A stretch of 18,155 nt of DNA, counting the filler, from an uncultured virus (IMG/VR IMGVR_UViG_2061766007_000220) (taxonomy: Duplodnaviria > Heunggongvirae > Uroviricota > Caudoviricetes). It is 2 parts of one record of this genome, joined end to end, with 100 filler letters (N's around TTAATTAATTAA, not from the genome) between each part and the next. Parts side by side here need not be neighbours in the genome. Positions count along the whole stretch, not along the records: positions 17,464 to 18,155 come from IMGVR_UViG_2061766007_000220; 1 more part is not named here. The stretch is one strand, 5' to 3'. A program made the position numbers and the translations under genes. The notes beneath the pieces are model-generated. The model was not told the DNA's origin. It was given only the letters and a program-made list of their open reading frames with translations, and did no database searches. This document shows, piece after piece, positions 17,630-18,155 of this stretch. Each line of letters starts with the position of its first letter. The stretch's first letter is position 1.

Positions 17630-17956
17630 CTCTTTCTCAATCAACTTCTGNNNNNNNNNNAACTCAACTAAGGATTCTGTTTTCACTTACTTTGTTTCCC
17701 CTTCTCCACTGATCTCATCCAATACGCTTCCGATGTAGTGCGAGATAATCTTCCTTGCATCGTCAAGGTCTATCTTTCCGTTGACTGCTTTGGCTGATAA
17801 ATCGCCNNNNNNNNNNTCCTTTCCACTAAGCCACTTATCTTAGTCTTGTGCGCTAATTTCAGGGACTGACTATCTGACCGTTACAGACATTTATCCAATG
17901 CGGACTTCTTTGATGGAGATTTGCAACTCGTCCATCAATGTGTTGTTGATTGAAAA

Positions 17957-18077
17957 AACCTTGGGTAAGGACTTGAACCTTACAGTTAGTCGTTGTCCGA
18001 TTCCAACTACTGACTATTCTTCGAGGAATCTATCGGCAATTCCCCTCGCCATGCGTCTGCCATCTGCCACCAAGGTC
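17957..18077 (-). ncRNA. tRNA-like unit A, allele 2 (69-nt insert)
   Basis: GACCTTGG-TG-GCA GATGGCAGA CGC-[69 nt]-GTAAGG TTCAAGT CCTTAC-CCAAGGTT; behind the same promoter as 3623-3782. Confidence 0.8.
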
Positions 18078-18108
18078 ACAAGCGACATTAAATCGACTTG
18101 TTGTATGT

Positions 18109-18137
18109 AGTATATTACGTTTTTCTAAATATGTCAA
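18109..18137 (-). promoter_or_regulatory. Sigma-A type promoter (variant copy)
   Basis: TTGACA-N17-TATACT, identical to 3813-3841. Confidence 0.85.
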
Positions 18138-18155
18138 GCGTAAATCTCACTTTTT

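Overview
This window is a gapped, probably metagenomic scaffold from a Bacillota (Clostridia-like) tailed phage or prophage, with almost all genes on the minus strand. Many segments recur as near-identical variants on either side of N gaps, so several strain haplotypes appear to be co-assembled. In transcription order (right to left) the genes are: a three-gene uncharacterised module; a recombination module (SbcC-like ATPase, RecT, MBL hydrolase, SSB, ERCC4-like nuclease); a DNA-modification cluster; a promoter-driven non-coding locus; then an HTH protein, a sigma-70 factor, a SleB-like hydrolase and a pentapeptide-repeat protein. The modification cluster holds a PAPS-reductase-like gene whose middle is replaced by a radical SAM segment, and a C5 cytosine methyltransferase. 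Two observations stand out. (1) Four tRNA-like units keep acceptor, D and T arms, with an unusual 6-bp T stem, but carry unrelated structured 50-106 nt inserts where the anticodon and variable arms belong. They lie behind a near-consensus sigma-A promoter, and the inserts differ between variants of the same locus position. (2) The methyltransferase is broken into an alpha ORF, an overlapping alternative-frame ORF and about 8 TRD-like modules in different frames, several joined only through homopolymer tracts, which suggests combinatorial or phase-variable specificity. All family assignments come from motif recognition by eye; no searches were run.
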